From an uncultured Pseudomonadota bacterium (GTDB lineage Bacteria; Myxococcota_A; Polyangia; Fen-1088), in assembly GCA_963847705.1 (NCBI GenBank), contig CAWKBC010000032.1, positions 160,001 to 224,000 on the forward strand: a stretch of 64,000 nt of DNA, written 5' to 3'. This document shows, piece after piece, positions 17,891 through 27,629 of this stretch. The notes beneath the pieces are model-generated. The model was not told the DNA's origin. It made no database searches and saw only the letters and a program-made list of their open reading frames with translations. The translations under genes were made by a program, and so were the position numbers. The stretch's first letter is position 1. Each line of letters opens with the position of its first letter.

Positions 17891-18740
17891 GGTTCGCCTC
17901 GTCGAGGAGCTTCGGCAACGCCGCGCGCCGGGCGCGCAACCAGGTTCGGTACGCCGGCCGCAGCTTGTCGCTGCCCGGGCCCTCCAGCCAAAGATCGGGG
18001 ACGGCCTCGACGGCGCGCGCGATCTGCTGGTCGTCGAGGGCCGCCGCCAGTGCGACGCCCGCCGCGGGCAGCTGATCGGCGAACGGCAACAGCACGTGCT
18101 CGCCGACGCGCCCGAACGGCCGCGCCGCCGTGGTGACCAGCTCGTTCTCGTCATTCGCACCCTGGCCGTCCCAGCCGTGGTGCCAGTAGAGGGCGGCGCC
18201 GTGATCGATGAGCCACAGCTCGCCCCCCTGCCAGAGCAGGTTCGGGTTGCGCGCGGTGCGGTCGACGTTGACCGCGAAGAGGTCCAGGGCAACGATCCGT
18301 GAGGCCAGCGCACCGTCGATCGGCCGCCCCGCCGCCACGTCGTAGCCGACGGCCCCGGCCAGATACCCCATCGCCAGGTTGAGGCCCGCGCTGGCGATCA
18401 ACAGCTCCTGGATCTCCATGTGCGGCTCGCTGCGGCCGAGCGCGGCGTCGATCTCGATGAGCGCCAGCTCCGGAAGGCGCAGCCCCGCCGCCCGCGCCAG
18501 CTCGCCGACGATCAGCTCCGCCGCCAGCGCGCGTCCCCCCTGCGCGGCGGCCCGGAACTTGGCGACGTAGAGCGCGCCGTCGTCGGCCTCGACCACCGCC
18601 GGGACCGAGCCCCCCTCGCGCAGCGCGGTCACGTAGCGCGTGGCGAGGAGCCGCCGCAGCGGACGCGGCGGCGCTGGGAGCGAGTTGCGATCATGGTCGG
18701 GCGCGGCGGTCGACACGTCCGGCGATTCTGCCCGAGGCAC
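17868..18740 (-). CDS. HipA-like Ser/Thr kinase
   Basis: LREGGSVP, YVAKF, NVDRTARNPNLL and LIDHG kinase motifs; start uncertain. Confidence 0.85.
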   Translation of the reverse strand: MPRAESPDVSTAAPDHDRNSLPAPPRPLRRLLATRYVTALREGGSVPAVVEADDGALYVAKFRAAAQGGRALAAELIVGELARAAGLRLPELALIEIDAALGRSEPHMEIQELLIASAGLNLAMGYLAGAVGYDVAAGRPIDGALASRIVALDLFAVNVDRTARNPNLLWQGGELWLIDHGAALYWHHGWDGQGANDENELVTTAARPFGRVGEHVLLPFADQLPAAGVALAAALDDQQIARAVEAVPDLWLEGPGSDKLRPAYRTWLRARRAALPKLLDEANRVRASRV

Positions 18741-18790
18741 CGGCCAGCGTCACCTGGCCTGTCCAGAAGGGTGCTATCAAAGAAGGGTCC

Positions 18791-19849
18791 ATGTTTTCGA
18801 TGGAGCGGCTGCGAACCAACCTGCTCGTCAAGCTCGGCGAGGTGACCGATCGTACGCACGCCCTCCCCCTGGTCCTGTTTGGCGTCACCGCCCGCTGCAA
18901 TTCTCACTGCCTCTCCTGCGACTTCTGGCAGGCCGACGGCGCCGGCGATCTCGCGCGCGAGGAGATCGAACGCCTGGCGGTCGAGCTCCACGATCTCGGG
19001 ACGCGGGTGGTGGTCTTCACCGGCGGCGAACCGTTGTTTCGGCCCGACGTCATGCAGATCGCCGACCTGTTTCGCGCCCGCGGAATCAACCTTCATCTCC
19101 TGACCAGCGGCCTCGCGCTCGAGCGGTTCGCGCGCGAGGTGGCCGAGAGATTCGTGGACGTGACGGTGTCGCTGGACGGCCACTCCCGGGAGCTCTACCG
19201 CCAGGTCCGTGGCGTCGACGGGCTGCCGGCGCTGACCCGGGGCGTGAAGGCCTTTCGTGCGCTGGCTCCGGGCGTCCCGTTTCGCGCGCGCAGCACCCTG
19301 CATCGGCACAACTTCCGGTTCTTGGCGCAGATCATCGACCAGGCGCTGGAGATGGGGATCCCGCAGGTCTCGTTCCTGGCCGCCGACGTGGGCCCCGATT
19401 CGTTCAATCGCGGCGTCCAGCGACTGCCGACGGTCGAGAGCTCACCGGCGCGCGACCTCCTGCTCGACGCGGGTGAGGTCGAGGAGTTCGATCGGGTCGT
19501 CGCCTCGGTCATCCGCTCTCACGCGCGTGAGCTGGCCGACGGCCGGGCCACGCCCGGGCCCGCGGGGCTGCGGCGTCTGGTGCGTTACTACGCCGCTCAC
19601 CTGGGCCTGGGCCCGTTCGCCTCCGTCGCCTGCAACGCGCCCTGGATGAGCGTCTACATCGGCGCGGACGGGGCGGTGCGCCCCTGCTTCTTCCACGGCC
19701 CGGTGGGGAACATCCGGCAGCGGTCGCTCCGGGAGATCATGACCGACGCCATGCCGGCCTTCCGTCGCACCCTGACCGTCGCCGACGACGCCACCTGCCA
19801 GCGCTGCGTCTGCAACATCAAGACGGGGCTGCGCTCCCGCCTCTGGTGA
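18791..19849 (+). CDS. Radical SAM protein with SPASM/twitch domain
   Basis: CNSHCLSC, TGGEP, VSLDG; C-terminal CNAPW…VRPC…CQRCVC. Confidence 0.92.
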   Translation: MFSMERLRTNLLVKLGEVTDRTHALPLVLFGVTARCNSHCLSCDFWQADGAGDLAREEIERLAVELHDLGTRVVVFTGGEPLFRPDVMQIADLFRARGINLHLLTSGLALERFAREVAERFVDVTVSLDGHSRELYRQVRGVDGLPALTRGVKAFRALAPGVPFRARSTLHRHNFRFLAQIIDQALEMGIPQVSFLAADVGPDSFNRGVQRLPTVESSPARDLLLDAGEVEEFDRVVASVIRSHARELADGRATPGPAGLRRLVRYYAAHLGLGPFASVACNAPWMSVYIGADGAVRPCFFHGPVGNIRQRSLREIMTDAMPAFRRTLTVADDATCQRCVCNIKTGLRSRLW

Positions 19850-19858
19850 GCGAGCAAT

Positions 19859-20554
19859 TCAGCGCGCCGAAGCCGGAAGCGACGCGGCGAAGACGGTCAG
19901 CACCTCGCCCGAGATGACCGTCCGCGACCGGAGCGGCGTGACTTCAAAGCCCGCGGCCGCGAACGACTGATCGAGTCGGTCGACAGCGATGTCGGAGTCC
20001 GAAACCAGCACCCGGCCCCCCGGCCGGAGGTACTGGGCGGCCTCGGCGACGAAGCGCGCGCGCACCCGGTTGACGTCGCGCCAGGAGTGCTCCCAGAGGT
20101 CCTTGGCCTCGCCGGCGAAGTAGGGCGGATTGAAGATGATCACGTCGAACCGCTCGCCGGTCACGGACGCGAAGAGATCGCCCTGGCGCGCCTCCACCTT
20201 GTCCTCGAGGTGATTGAGGAGCGCGTTGATCCTGAGCGCGCGCGCCGCCTCCGGGTTGATGTCCGTACCGACGGTGCGCTGGGCGCGCCGCGCCGCCAGC
20301 AACGCCAGAAAACCGCTGCCGGTCCCCACCTCCAACACCGACTTCCCCTCGAGCGGCTCGCGCCCGACGACCTCGGCCAGCAGCTTGGACGAAAAGAACA
20401 GCCCGGGATGAAACACGTCGGGCAGGACGACCAGCGAGACGCCCCCGAGCTGCTCGAGCACCAGCCGCCGGTGGCGCTGCCGCTGCAGGAGGAGAAAGTG
20501 CGCGCGGAGCGCCGCCCGTCCCAGCCGCCGCTGAAGGCGCGCCCTGAAAGTCAC
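19859..20554 (-). CDS. HemK/MTQ2-like N-methyltransferase
   Basis: EVGTGSG and FNPPY motifs. Confidence 0.85.
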   Translation of the reverse strand: MTFRARLQRRLGRAALRAHFLLLQRQRHRRLVLEQLGGVSLVVLPDVFHPGLFFSSKLLAEVVGREPLEGKSVLEVGTGSGFLALLAARRAQRTVGTDINPEAARALRINALLNHLEDKVEARQGDLFASVTGERFDVIIFNPPYFAGEAKDLWEHSWRDVNRVRARFVAEAAQYLRPGGRVLVSDSDIAVDRLDQSFAAAGFEVTPLRSRTVISGEVLTVFAASLPASAR

Positions 20555-20687
20555 GCGAGGGACCTTAGCTCCGCCGGGGGTTGGCGTCCATCAGGCCGGC
20601 TCGGCACGGCGTCAAGTGACGACCGACCGAGGACAGATGGGGAACCCGGAAGTGGTCTGCCCGGATGCTTGGTGCTTAGATGGGTCG

Positions 20688-21530
20688 ATGTCGAGCTCGC
20701 CGCCCTCGGCGCACCAGGAACGCGCGACCAAGGCTCCCGCGCTCACGGTGCTGGTCAACTCGACGGACAGTTACGAGGATTGTTGGCGGCCATTTTTCAC
20801 GCTGTTCTCGAAGTTCTGGCCCCGCTGTCCTTATCCGATCCTGCTCAACACCGAAAAAAAGGACTTCGCCTGGCCGGGGCTCGAGGTTCGGGCGTCGCGT
20901 GTCGCTCTTGCCGACGGGCAGGCTTCCCCCGCCTGGGGCGACTGCCTGTTGCGTTGCCTCGAGCTGGTCGGCAGCGAGGTGATCCTCTATCTGCAGGAGG
21001 ACTACTTTGTCTCGGCGCCGATTGACGTCGCGCAGATCGTGAGCCTCGCGCGCCGGATGATCGACGAAGAGCATAGCCACATCAGCCTGACGCCGTTCTC
21101 GATGGAGAGGCCGTGGCGCCCGCTCCCCGGAGATCCGTTGCTCTGCGCCGTCGATCAGAGAGCCGCGTTTCGAATCAACCTGCAGGCGGGGCTCTGGCGT
21201 ACGCAGGTGCTTCGACGCCACCTCCGTCGTCACGAGAACCCCTGGCAATTCGAGGTCTGGGGTACGCAGCGATCCCACCGCATCCGGGAGAGCTTTCTGT
21301 GCGTGAACCCCGACGCGCTCAACGGCGGCGCTGCGGCGCTCGTTCCCTACTTCCCGACCGGCGTCGTGGAAGGACGGTGGCAAGAGGAGGCGGTCATCCC
21401 GCTCTTCGGGCAGCATGGGATCGAAACCGACTTCAGCCGTCGAGGATTCCACGACCGAACGGCGCCGAGACCGAAACCCCGGGGTTGGATCGGGCGCCGG
21501 GCTTGGGCGCGCCTTCGATCGCTCATTTGA
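20688..21530 (+). CDS. Hypothetical glycosyltransferase-like protein
   Basis: NSTDSYEDCW, LYLQEDYF (DxD-like), LQAGLW and ENPWQFE motifs; located in a GT cluster. Confidence 0.6.
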   Translation: MSSSPPSAHQERATKAPALTVLVNSTDSYEDCWRPFFTLFSKFWPRCPYPILLNTEKKDFAWPGLEVRASRVALADGQASPAWGDCLLRCLELVGSEVILYLQEDYFVSAPIDVAQIVSLARRMIDEEHSHISLTPFSMERPWRPLPGDPLLCAVDQRAAFRINLQAGLWRTQVLRRHLRRHENPWQFEVWGTQRSHRIRESFLCVNPDALNGGAAALVPYFPTGVVEGRWQEEAVIPLFGQHGIETDFSRRGFHDRTAPRPKPRGWIGRRAWARLRSLI

Positions 21531-22695
21531 GCCAGTTCAGCGCGCGAGCAGCGGCCACGCTCTGGGCGTAGATCTCCAGCGCCCGACGGGCCAGCACCGG
21601 CCAGCTGAGCGTCGCTTCGAAGTGCGCGCGCACGATGGCGCGACGGGCGGCGCGGTCGCTCGCCGCGACGCCGAGGCGAATCAAGGCCGCTGCCAGCGCG
21701 CCGGCATCGCCGACGGGAAACAGCGCGCCGACGCGGCCGCCGTCCGTCAGCGCGCGGAACGAAGGAATGTCGGTGACGACCGGGGTGACGCCGAAGGAGA
21801 GCGCCTCCACCAGGGCGAAGCAGAGGCTCTCGCTGTGGCTGCCGAGCAGAAACAGATCCGCGCCGGCGTAGAACGCGGGCAGCTCGGCATGCGCGATCCG
21901 TCCCGCCAGGTGGACGCGCGATGACAGCAGCGGCGAAGCCGCGATCCGGCGCGTCACCTCGGGCAAAAGCTCGCTCTCGCCGAACACCAGCGTCAGCGCC
22001 GCGTCCGGCAGCGCCGGGAGCGCGCGCTCGAGACCGTCGAGAATCGTCAGCGGATCCTTGTTCGGGTTGAGACGACCGACCCAGAGGAGCGCCGGCGCGC
22101 CGGGGATCCGCGCCGGCGCGCCCGCGGCGGGAGGCGTCTCCGGCAGCGTCGAGCCGCTTTCCATGAGCTCGTAGATCGGCTGCTGGCGGCCGATGACGCC
22201 CGTCTCGATCCAGCGCGCGGCCTGCGCGCGGACGGAGAACAGGAACCCGTCCCCGGCGCGCAGCCCAAGACGGTTGAAGGTGCGCCATCTCCACTTGCGA
22301 AATCCGGGCGCCTCGTAGGCGCCACCGTGGTCCTGCGCCAGCACGGCGGTCGTCCGCGACAGCCTCGACCGCAGCTGGCGAACCGGCAGCGGGAGCAGCC
22401 CATGCAGATGGACGACGTTCGGCGCCAAGGCGACGACACGCTCGACGATCCGGGGCGCCCACAGTCGATCGACCTGCGCCTCCGGCGCCCCTTCGGCGAC
22501 GAAGTGGTAAGCGACGCCCCCCTGCCGCACCACCGCGTCCCGCGAGAACCGCTGCACGACCGAAACGTCGACGGAGCGCCCGCCCGCCGCCGCGACGGCC
22601 TGGGCCCAGCCCGTCAGGACCGGATAACGGTCCAAGAGCACCTCCGGCCGGTCCACGTCGGCGGCGTACGGATAGTTGACGAAGGTGACCCGCAT
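21523..22695 (-). CDS. Glycosyltransferase family 4
   Basis: WVGRLNPNKD and SHSESLCFALVEALSFG (E-X7-E) motifs. Confidence 0.92.
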   Translation of the reverse strand: MRVTFVNYPYAADVDRPEVLLDRYPVLTGWAQAVAAAGGRSVDVSVVQRFSRDAVVRQGGVAYHFVAEGAPEAQVDRLWAPRIVERVVALAPNVVHLHGLLPLPVRQLRSRLSRTTAVLAQDHGGAYEAPGFRKWRWRTFNRLGLRAGDGFLFSVRAQAARWIETGVIGRQQPIYELMESGSTLPETPPAAGAPARIPGAPALLWVGRLNPNKDPLTILDGLERALPALPDAALTLVFGESELLPEVTRRIAASPLLSSRVHLAGRIAHAELPAFYAGADLFLLGSHSESLCFALVEALSFGVTPVVTDIPSFRALTDGGRVGALFPVGDAGALAAALIRLGVAASDRAARRAIVRAHFEATLSWPVLARRALEIYAQSVAAARALNWLK

Positions 22696-22714
22696 TCAGG
22701 CCGGGGACCTCGAT

Positions 22715-24268
22715 TTACAGACTCTCGTTCTGAGGCTCGCGCAACCGGATGAGACGGCGCGCGACGCGCAGCTCCCAGGGGTTGTCGTAGCGGCGGGTGG
22801 CGTAGCGCCAGCGCGCCAGATTGCTGAGGATCATCCGCGACGCGCCGGAGATGCGGGCGTCCTGCACGGTCGGGAAGCGGCAGGCGATCACCCGCGCGAA
22901 GTCGTTCACCCGCTGGCGGATGCGGGGGGTCAGCCAGGGGGCGTCGTGGTGGCAGACCCAGCGCACCCACTGGGGCTCGGTCCACTCCTCGGGCGTGGTG
23001 GGGAGCGCCGGGCCGGAGGGACCGTAGCTCTGCAGAACCGGCAGCCGCGGCGTCGCACCCCCCTTGGGAAGCGCCGAGTTCCGGCGCTGCGGCGTGGGGC
23101 TGTAAAAGTAGAGGACGATCTCCGATTCGGGGTTCAGCGTCTTGAGCCGGCGCACGAACTCGAACGTCTCTTCGATCTCCCCTTCCGGATCGTCCGGCCC
23201 GCCGAGCACGAACGAGAACTCCGGGATGACGCCATACTCGCGGCAGCGGCGGGCGACCTCGATGGTGTGCTCGACGCGGGACCCTTTGCGCATCCGCTTG
23301 AGCGCCTCGTCGCTGGCCGCCTCGGCGCCGACGTAGGCCATGCGCAGGCGGCTCTTGCGGATCTTCTCCCAGGTCGCGGCGCCGAAGCCGGCCAGCGCGT
23401 CGGTGCGCGCGTAGCACCACCAGGGCATCTGGAGCTGCCCCAGCACGTCGAGGATCGGGACCGAGGTCTCCTCGCGATCGAAGAAGTTGTGGTCGAAGAA
23501 CTGCACCCCGTCGGCGCCCCAGCGCTCGCGCTGGGTCCCGAGCGCGTGCAGCAGGCGCTCGGGCGCCTCCAGCAGGGTCTTGCCGTTCCACATCGAGACG
23601 ACACCGCAGAACTCGCACTTGAACCGGCAGCCGAGCGCCGCCTGGTGAACCGTCGTGCGCGCGCTCAGGAAGCTCGGGCGCATGTACTCGCTGATGCCCG
23701 GGATCCGATCGTAGGGGATGACCGGCAGCGCGCCCGGAGGGAGTGCGGGGCGATCGGGATTGTGAAACGTCCGGTGGTCCTGCTTCCAGGTGAGGCCGGC
23801 GATCTGGCCGATCTCGGAGAGATCGCGGGCAGAGCTTCCGTCGGCCGGCGGACCGGCGTCGGGCAGGCGGCAGAGAAGGTCGACCAGGGTCTCTTCCCCC
23901 TGACCGCGCACGAGGTAGTCGACGTAGGGGGCGTTGATCGCCGCGTCTGGATAGAGGGTCGGGAAGTACCCGCCCCAGACGATGGGGACCTCGGGGAACG
24001 CGGCCCGGATCGCCGCCGACATCTCGATGGCCGGGATCACCTGCGGCCCCGGCATCACGGTGAGCCCCACCAGCGCGTGCGGGCGGTCGCCGAGCAGCCG
24101 GAGCGTGGTCGCCGTCGGATCGGCGAGGCGGTTTCCGTCGACGATGCTCCAGGGCCAACGCCCCTCGAGCACGGCGGTGAGATGGACGATTGACAGCGGC
24201 ATGCGCGCGTTGCTCGCCACCCCCGTGCGCGGGTTGACCAGCAAGACGGCGCCCGGCGCCACGCTCAC
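22715..24268 (-). CDS. B12-binding radical SAM protein
   Basis: N-terminal B12-binding region (PLSI…IVWGGYFPT…VRGQGE); GCRFKCEFC; GAEAAS; GTG start overlaps the GT2 stop. Confidence 0.92.
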   Translation of the reverse strand: MSVAPGAVLLVNPRTGVASNARMPLSIVHLTAVLEGRWPWSIVDGNRLADPTATTLRLLGDRPHALVGLTVMPGPQVIPAIEMSAAIRAAFPEVPIVWGGYFPTLYPDAAINAPYVDYLVRGQGEETLVDLLCRLPDAGPPADGSSARDLSEIGQIAGLTWKQDHRTFHNPDRPALPPGALPVIPYDRIPGISEYMRPSFLSARTTVHQAALGCRFKCEFCGVVSMWNGKTLLEAPERLLHALGTQRERWGADGVQFFDHNFFDREETSVPILDVLGQLQMPWWCYARTDALAGFGAATWEKIRKSRLRMAYVGAEAASDEALKRMRKGSRVEHTIEVARRCREYGVIPEFSFVLGGPDDPEGEIEETFEFVRRLKTLNPESEIVLYFYSPTPQRRNSALPKGGATPRLPVLQSYGPSGPALPTTPEEWTEPQWVRWVCHHDAPWLTPRIRQRVNDFARVIACRFPTVQDARISGASRMILSNLARWRYATRRYDNPWELRVARRLIRLREPQNESL

Positions 24269-25236
24269 GCCCCCTCGACGCGGTAGGGATTCCGGCCGGC
24301 CAGCACGATCGACAACGTCTTGAGGCTGGACCAACACATCTCGAGGTTCCGCGTTCCGGCCTGGTAGAGGGCGTTTCCCAGCAGGGACCAGAGCAGCCAG
24401 CTCCGGCGCACGCCGGCGAGCTCGCTCCGCATGGCGATGAACCGATCGAGGGCCAGGACCCGCTTCGAATAGCCGATCGTCGCCCGGGGCCGCTCGGTCT
24501 CGGCCTTGTGGTGGTGAACGAAGGCCTCGGTCACCACGTGGATCCCCTCCGCCGGAAATCCGATGGCCACCCCGAAGTTGTCGCCGTAACCGTGGCGGTC
24601 GAGCCCCTCGTCGAACGGCGACCCGACGAGCCACTCCTTGCGCACCAGCGCCGCGCCCAGCGAGTAGACCGGCGTCTTGAAGAAAGGCCCGCTGAAATCG
24701 GTGAGCACGGGCCAGCCGGCGCTGGAGATGTGATTCCCGCGCCGGCGATAGTGCTGCGCCAGCAGCTCGCCGAGCGCGCCAGGGCACTGGATCTCGCCCC
24801 AGAGCCCCAGACGAAACAGCCGCACCCAGCAGAGCCAGGTCAGCGAGGTGACGGGGAACTGGCCCACCCACTTGCCGCCCACCTTCTCCAGGAACAGCCC
24901 CGAGACGGCGCCGGCTTCGGGGCGGGCGGCCAGATGTGCGGTCAGCTTCTGGAGATAGTCAGCGGGGACCTCGACGTCGTCGTCGCAGAGGAAGATCCAG
25001 CGCCCGCGCGCCTCCTGGATCCCCCGATTGCGCTGCACACAGACCGACTTGGGCGATTCGAAGCAGCGCACCCGCTCGCCGAACGGCGCCAGGTCGGTGG
25101 GCGAGAGCGGGCGATCGCTCGAATCGATCACCAGGATCTCCAGCGGACGGTGGGTCGAGCGTTCGAGATCCCCCAGCAACGAAAGCACCCGCTCCCGTCG
25201 GTTGCAGGTGGGGATGACGACACTGATCTCGCTCAT
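24265..25236 (-). CDS. Glycosyltransferase family 2
   Basis: ISVVIPTCNR, ILVIDSSD, RNRG and FLCDDD motifs. Confidence 0.9.
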   Translation of the reverse strand: MSEISVVIPTCNRRERVLSLLGDLERSTHRPLEILVIDSSDRPLSPTDLAPFGERVRCFESPKSVCVQRNRGIQEARGRWIFLCDDDVEVPADYLQKLTAHLAARPEAGAVSGLFLEKVGGKWVGQFPVTSLTWLCWVRLFRLGLWGEIQCPGALGELLAQHYRRRGNHISSAGWPVLTDFSGPFFKTPVYSLGAALVRKEWLVGSPFDEGLDRHGYGDNFGVAIGFPAEGIHVVTEAFVHHHKAETERPRATIGYSKRVLALDRFIAMRSELAGVRRSWLLWSLLGNALYQAGTRNLEMCWSSLKTLSIVLAGRNPYRVEGA

Positions 25237-25365
25237 GGACCTCGGGCGATTCTACTTCAAGGCTCACCGCCCGGACGCCGGGCCGAGGCCAACATCCCCG
25301 TTCGGAGGGTGAGCCCCGGCGTAGGATGCCCCTCGGATGACCGTCTCGCAGACTGGCGCGCCCTC

Positions 25366-26481
25366 ATGAGTCGCAAGCGGCTGGCGATCTTCGCCCCCGG
25401 CGGGATCGGCGTGGGGGTCTTTTCGCAAGGGTTGCCCGCCCTCGGCTCGCTGGTCGCTTCGTTGGCGGAGCGATTCGAGGTGACGTTCTACTCGCTGGCG
25501 CCGGTCAATCCCGGGTTCGCGCCGGAGGGCTTCCGTCTCCGCGCCCCGTCCGCCACCGTCGACGTCAAGGGTGCCCGTTGGCTCGATCTGGCGCGACGAT
25601 TCCTGGCCGATCACCTGACCGCCCGCTACGACCGGACGCTGTCGCTCTGGGGTTATCCCATCGGCGCATTCGTGGTGGGGCTCTCGGGGGCGCTGCGCCT
25701 GCCGGCGGCGGTGATGCTCTTGGGGGCCGAGACCGCCGATGTCCCCAGCATCGGCTACGGACACCTCGGCCAACCGCTCAGCCGCAGGCTGGTCATCGAG
25801 ACCTGCCGGCGCGCCGACGCGCTGGTGGCGGTGGCGCAATCGCAGCTGGACGCGCTCGCCAGGTGTGGGTTCGCGCGGCCCGACGATCAGGTGATCCCGA
25901 TCGGCGCCGAAGCCGCGCTGTTCCCCTTCGCAGCCAAGCCGCGCACGAAGCCGCTCAAGATCCTCCACGTGGGGAACCTGACCGGCGTCAAGGACCAGGC
26001 GACGCTGCTGCGGGCGTTCGCGCGGCTTCCGGCGGCGCTGGACGCGCGGCTGCGGATCGTCGGCGACGGATCGCTGCGTGGCCAGCTGGTCGCCCTGATC
26101 CGCGAGCTCGGGCTCGAGGGCGCCGTCGAGCTGACCGGCGCGGTTCCGTTCGGGGAGATGCCGGATCACTACCGCTGGGCCGATATGTTCGTGCTGACGT
26201 CGCTCTCCGAAGGGCAGAACCGCTCGCTGACCGAGGCGGCGATGTGCGGCGTGTTGCAGGTGAGCACCCCGGTGGGACACATCGCCGATCTCGGCGAGAC
26301 CGTGGCCGTGGTGGTACGGACCGGCGATCCCCAGCACGTCGCCGACCGCATCGTCGGGATCGCCGGTGACGCCGACGGTTGGAGCCGCCGCGTGCGTGCG
26401 GCGCGCGGCTGGGCGGCCACACACGACATGGCCTGGACCGTCGATCGGTTGAGCGCGCTCCTCGAGGGTCTGCGCGCGTGA
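25366..26481 (+). CDS. Glycosyltransferase family 4
   Basis: HVGNLTGVKDQ and SLSEGQNRSLTEAAMCG motifs. Confidence 0.9.
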   Translation: MSRKRLAIFAPGGIGVGVFSQGLPALGSLVASLAERFEVTFYSLAPVNPGFAPEGFRLRAPSATVDVKGARWLDLARRFLADHLTARYDRTLSLWGYPIGAFVVGLSGALRLPAAVMLLGAETADVPSIGYGHLGQPLSRRLVIETCRRADALVAVAQSQLDALARCGFARPDDQVIPIGAEAALFPFAAKPRTKPLKILHVGNLTGVKDQATLLRAFARLPAALDARLRIVGDGSLRGQLVALIRELGLEGAVELTGAVPFGEMPDHYRWADMFVLTSLSEGQNRSLTEAAMCGVLQVSTPVGHIADLGETVAVVVRTGDPQHVADRIVGIAGDADGWSRRVRAARGWAATHDMAWTVDRLSALLEGLRA

Positions 26482-27629
26482 GCAGCGAGATCTCCCTCCG
26501 CCAGGCTTGCGGTCCCCGCGCGGCGCCGACGATGATGTCCCTCTCCCGGAAGCGCCGCATGCCTCTCTCTCTTCTCGCCCTCGGGCTCGTGCTGCTGGCC
26601 GTCGTCCTGGCCGCATGCGCGGGGCGATCGCCCGGCGGGCAATCGCCCGCGGTCCGCTCGCCTGCCGCGCCGGCCTCGCCGCCGGCGGTGACGATCAGGA
26701 AGGGTTCGTTCCATGGCTGGGACGCCCTCTTGCTGCGCAACCGCGCCGCGGAGGTGACCGTCGTCCCCGCCATCGGTCGGGTCATGCAGCTCGCGCTGCG
26801 CAGCGGTGACGGGGCCGCCACGCAGGGGCCCTTCTGGAGCCATCCCGGAATCGGTCCGGGCCTGGGCGGCGACGAGAACGGCTGGATCAACCTGGGCGGC
26901 GACAAGGCCTGGCCGGCGCCGCAGTCGCGCTGGGAGGCGATCGTCGGCAAGGGGTGGCCGCCGCCCGAGACGTTCGACGCTTCGCCGTTCGAGGCCAGGA
27001 TCGTCAGCAGCTCGAGGGTCGGAGGTGGCGCGGGCGACGCGGTGGAGCTCCTCTCCACCGTCGATCCGGCGTACGGCGTGCGGGTGCGACGAACGATCGC
27101 GCTCGATCCGGCCGCGCCGATCGTGACGATCGAGACCTGCTACGAAAAGATGGCCGGGGAGCCGATCCGCGTCGGCGTCTGGACCATCACGCAGCTGGCC
27201 TCGCCCGAGCGCCTGTTCATGCGGCTCCCGGCGCACTCGGCCTTCCCGGGCGGCTATGCGCTGCGGCTCCCCGATCGGCCGAAGGACCTGCGGGTTGCGG
27301 GGCGCCTCCTGTCGCTGGCGCGCGAGCCCGCCGCCAAGACCATGCTGGGGAGCGACGGCGACGCGCTGCTCTGGGTCGGCAGCGCTGCGCATCTCCTGAT
27401 CGAAGCGGTGACCGGCCCGCATGATCCACCGGGCGAATGGCCGGACGGGATGCAGGCGCAGATTTACACCAGCTCGGACCAGGCGCTCCCCTACGTCGAG
27501 CTGGAGCTCCTCTCGCCGCTCCGCGACCTGCGGATCGGCGAGCGCGCCTCTCTGCGCGTGCGCTACACGCTGGAGGCCCGCTCCAGCGCCGACCCGACCG
27601 CCGAGGCGAAGCGGGTGTTGGGCCTTTGA
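26478..27629 (+). CDS. DUF4380-like (galactose-mutarotase-like fold) lipoprotein
   Basis: Lipobox VLAAC; VVPAIGRVM, WINLGGDKAWPAPQ..W and YVELELLSP motifs. Start could be 26478, 26532 or 26559. Confidence 0.6.
   Translation: MSSEISLRQACGPRAAPTMMSLSRKRRMPLSLLALGLVLLAVVLAACAGRSPGGQSPAVRSPAAPASPPAVTIRKGSFHGWDALLLRNRAAEVTVVPAIGRVMQLALRSGDGAATQGPFWSHPGIGPGLGGDENGWINLGGDKAWPAPQSRWEAIVGKGWPPPETFDASPFEARIVSSSRVGGGAGDAVELLSTVDPAYGVRVRRTIALDPAAPIVTIETCYEKMAGEPIRVGVWTITQLASPERLFMRLPAHSAFPGGYALRLPDRPKDLRVAGRLLSLAREPAAKTMLGSDGDALLWVGSAAHLLIEAVTGPHDPPGEWPDGMQAQIYTSSDQALPYVELELLSPLRDLRIGERASLRVRYTLEARSSADPTAEAKRVLGL

Noticed and set aside
18791-19849. RiPP cluster around the SPASM radical SAM
   Set aside because: No adjacent precursor peptide, RRE/PqqD domain or peptidase-transporter was found.
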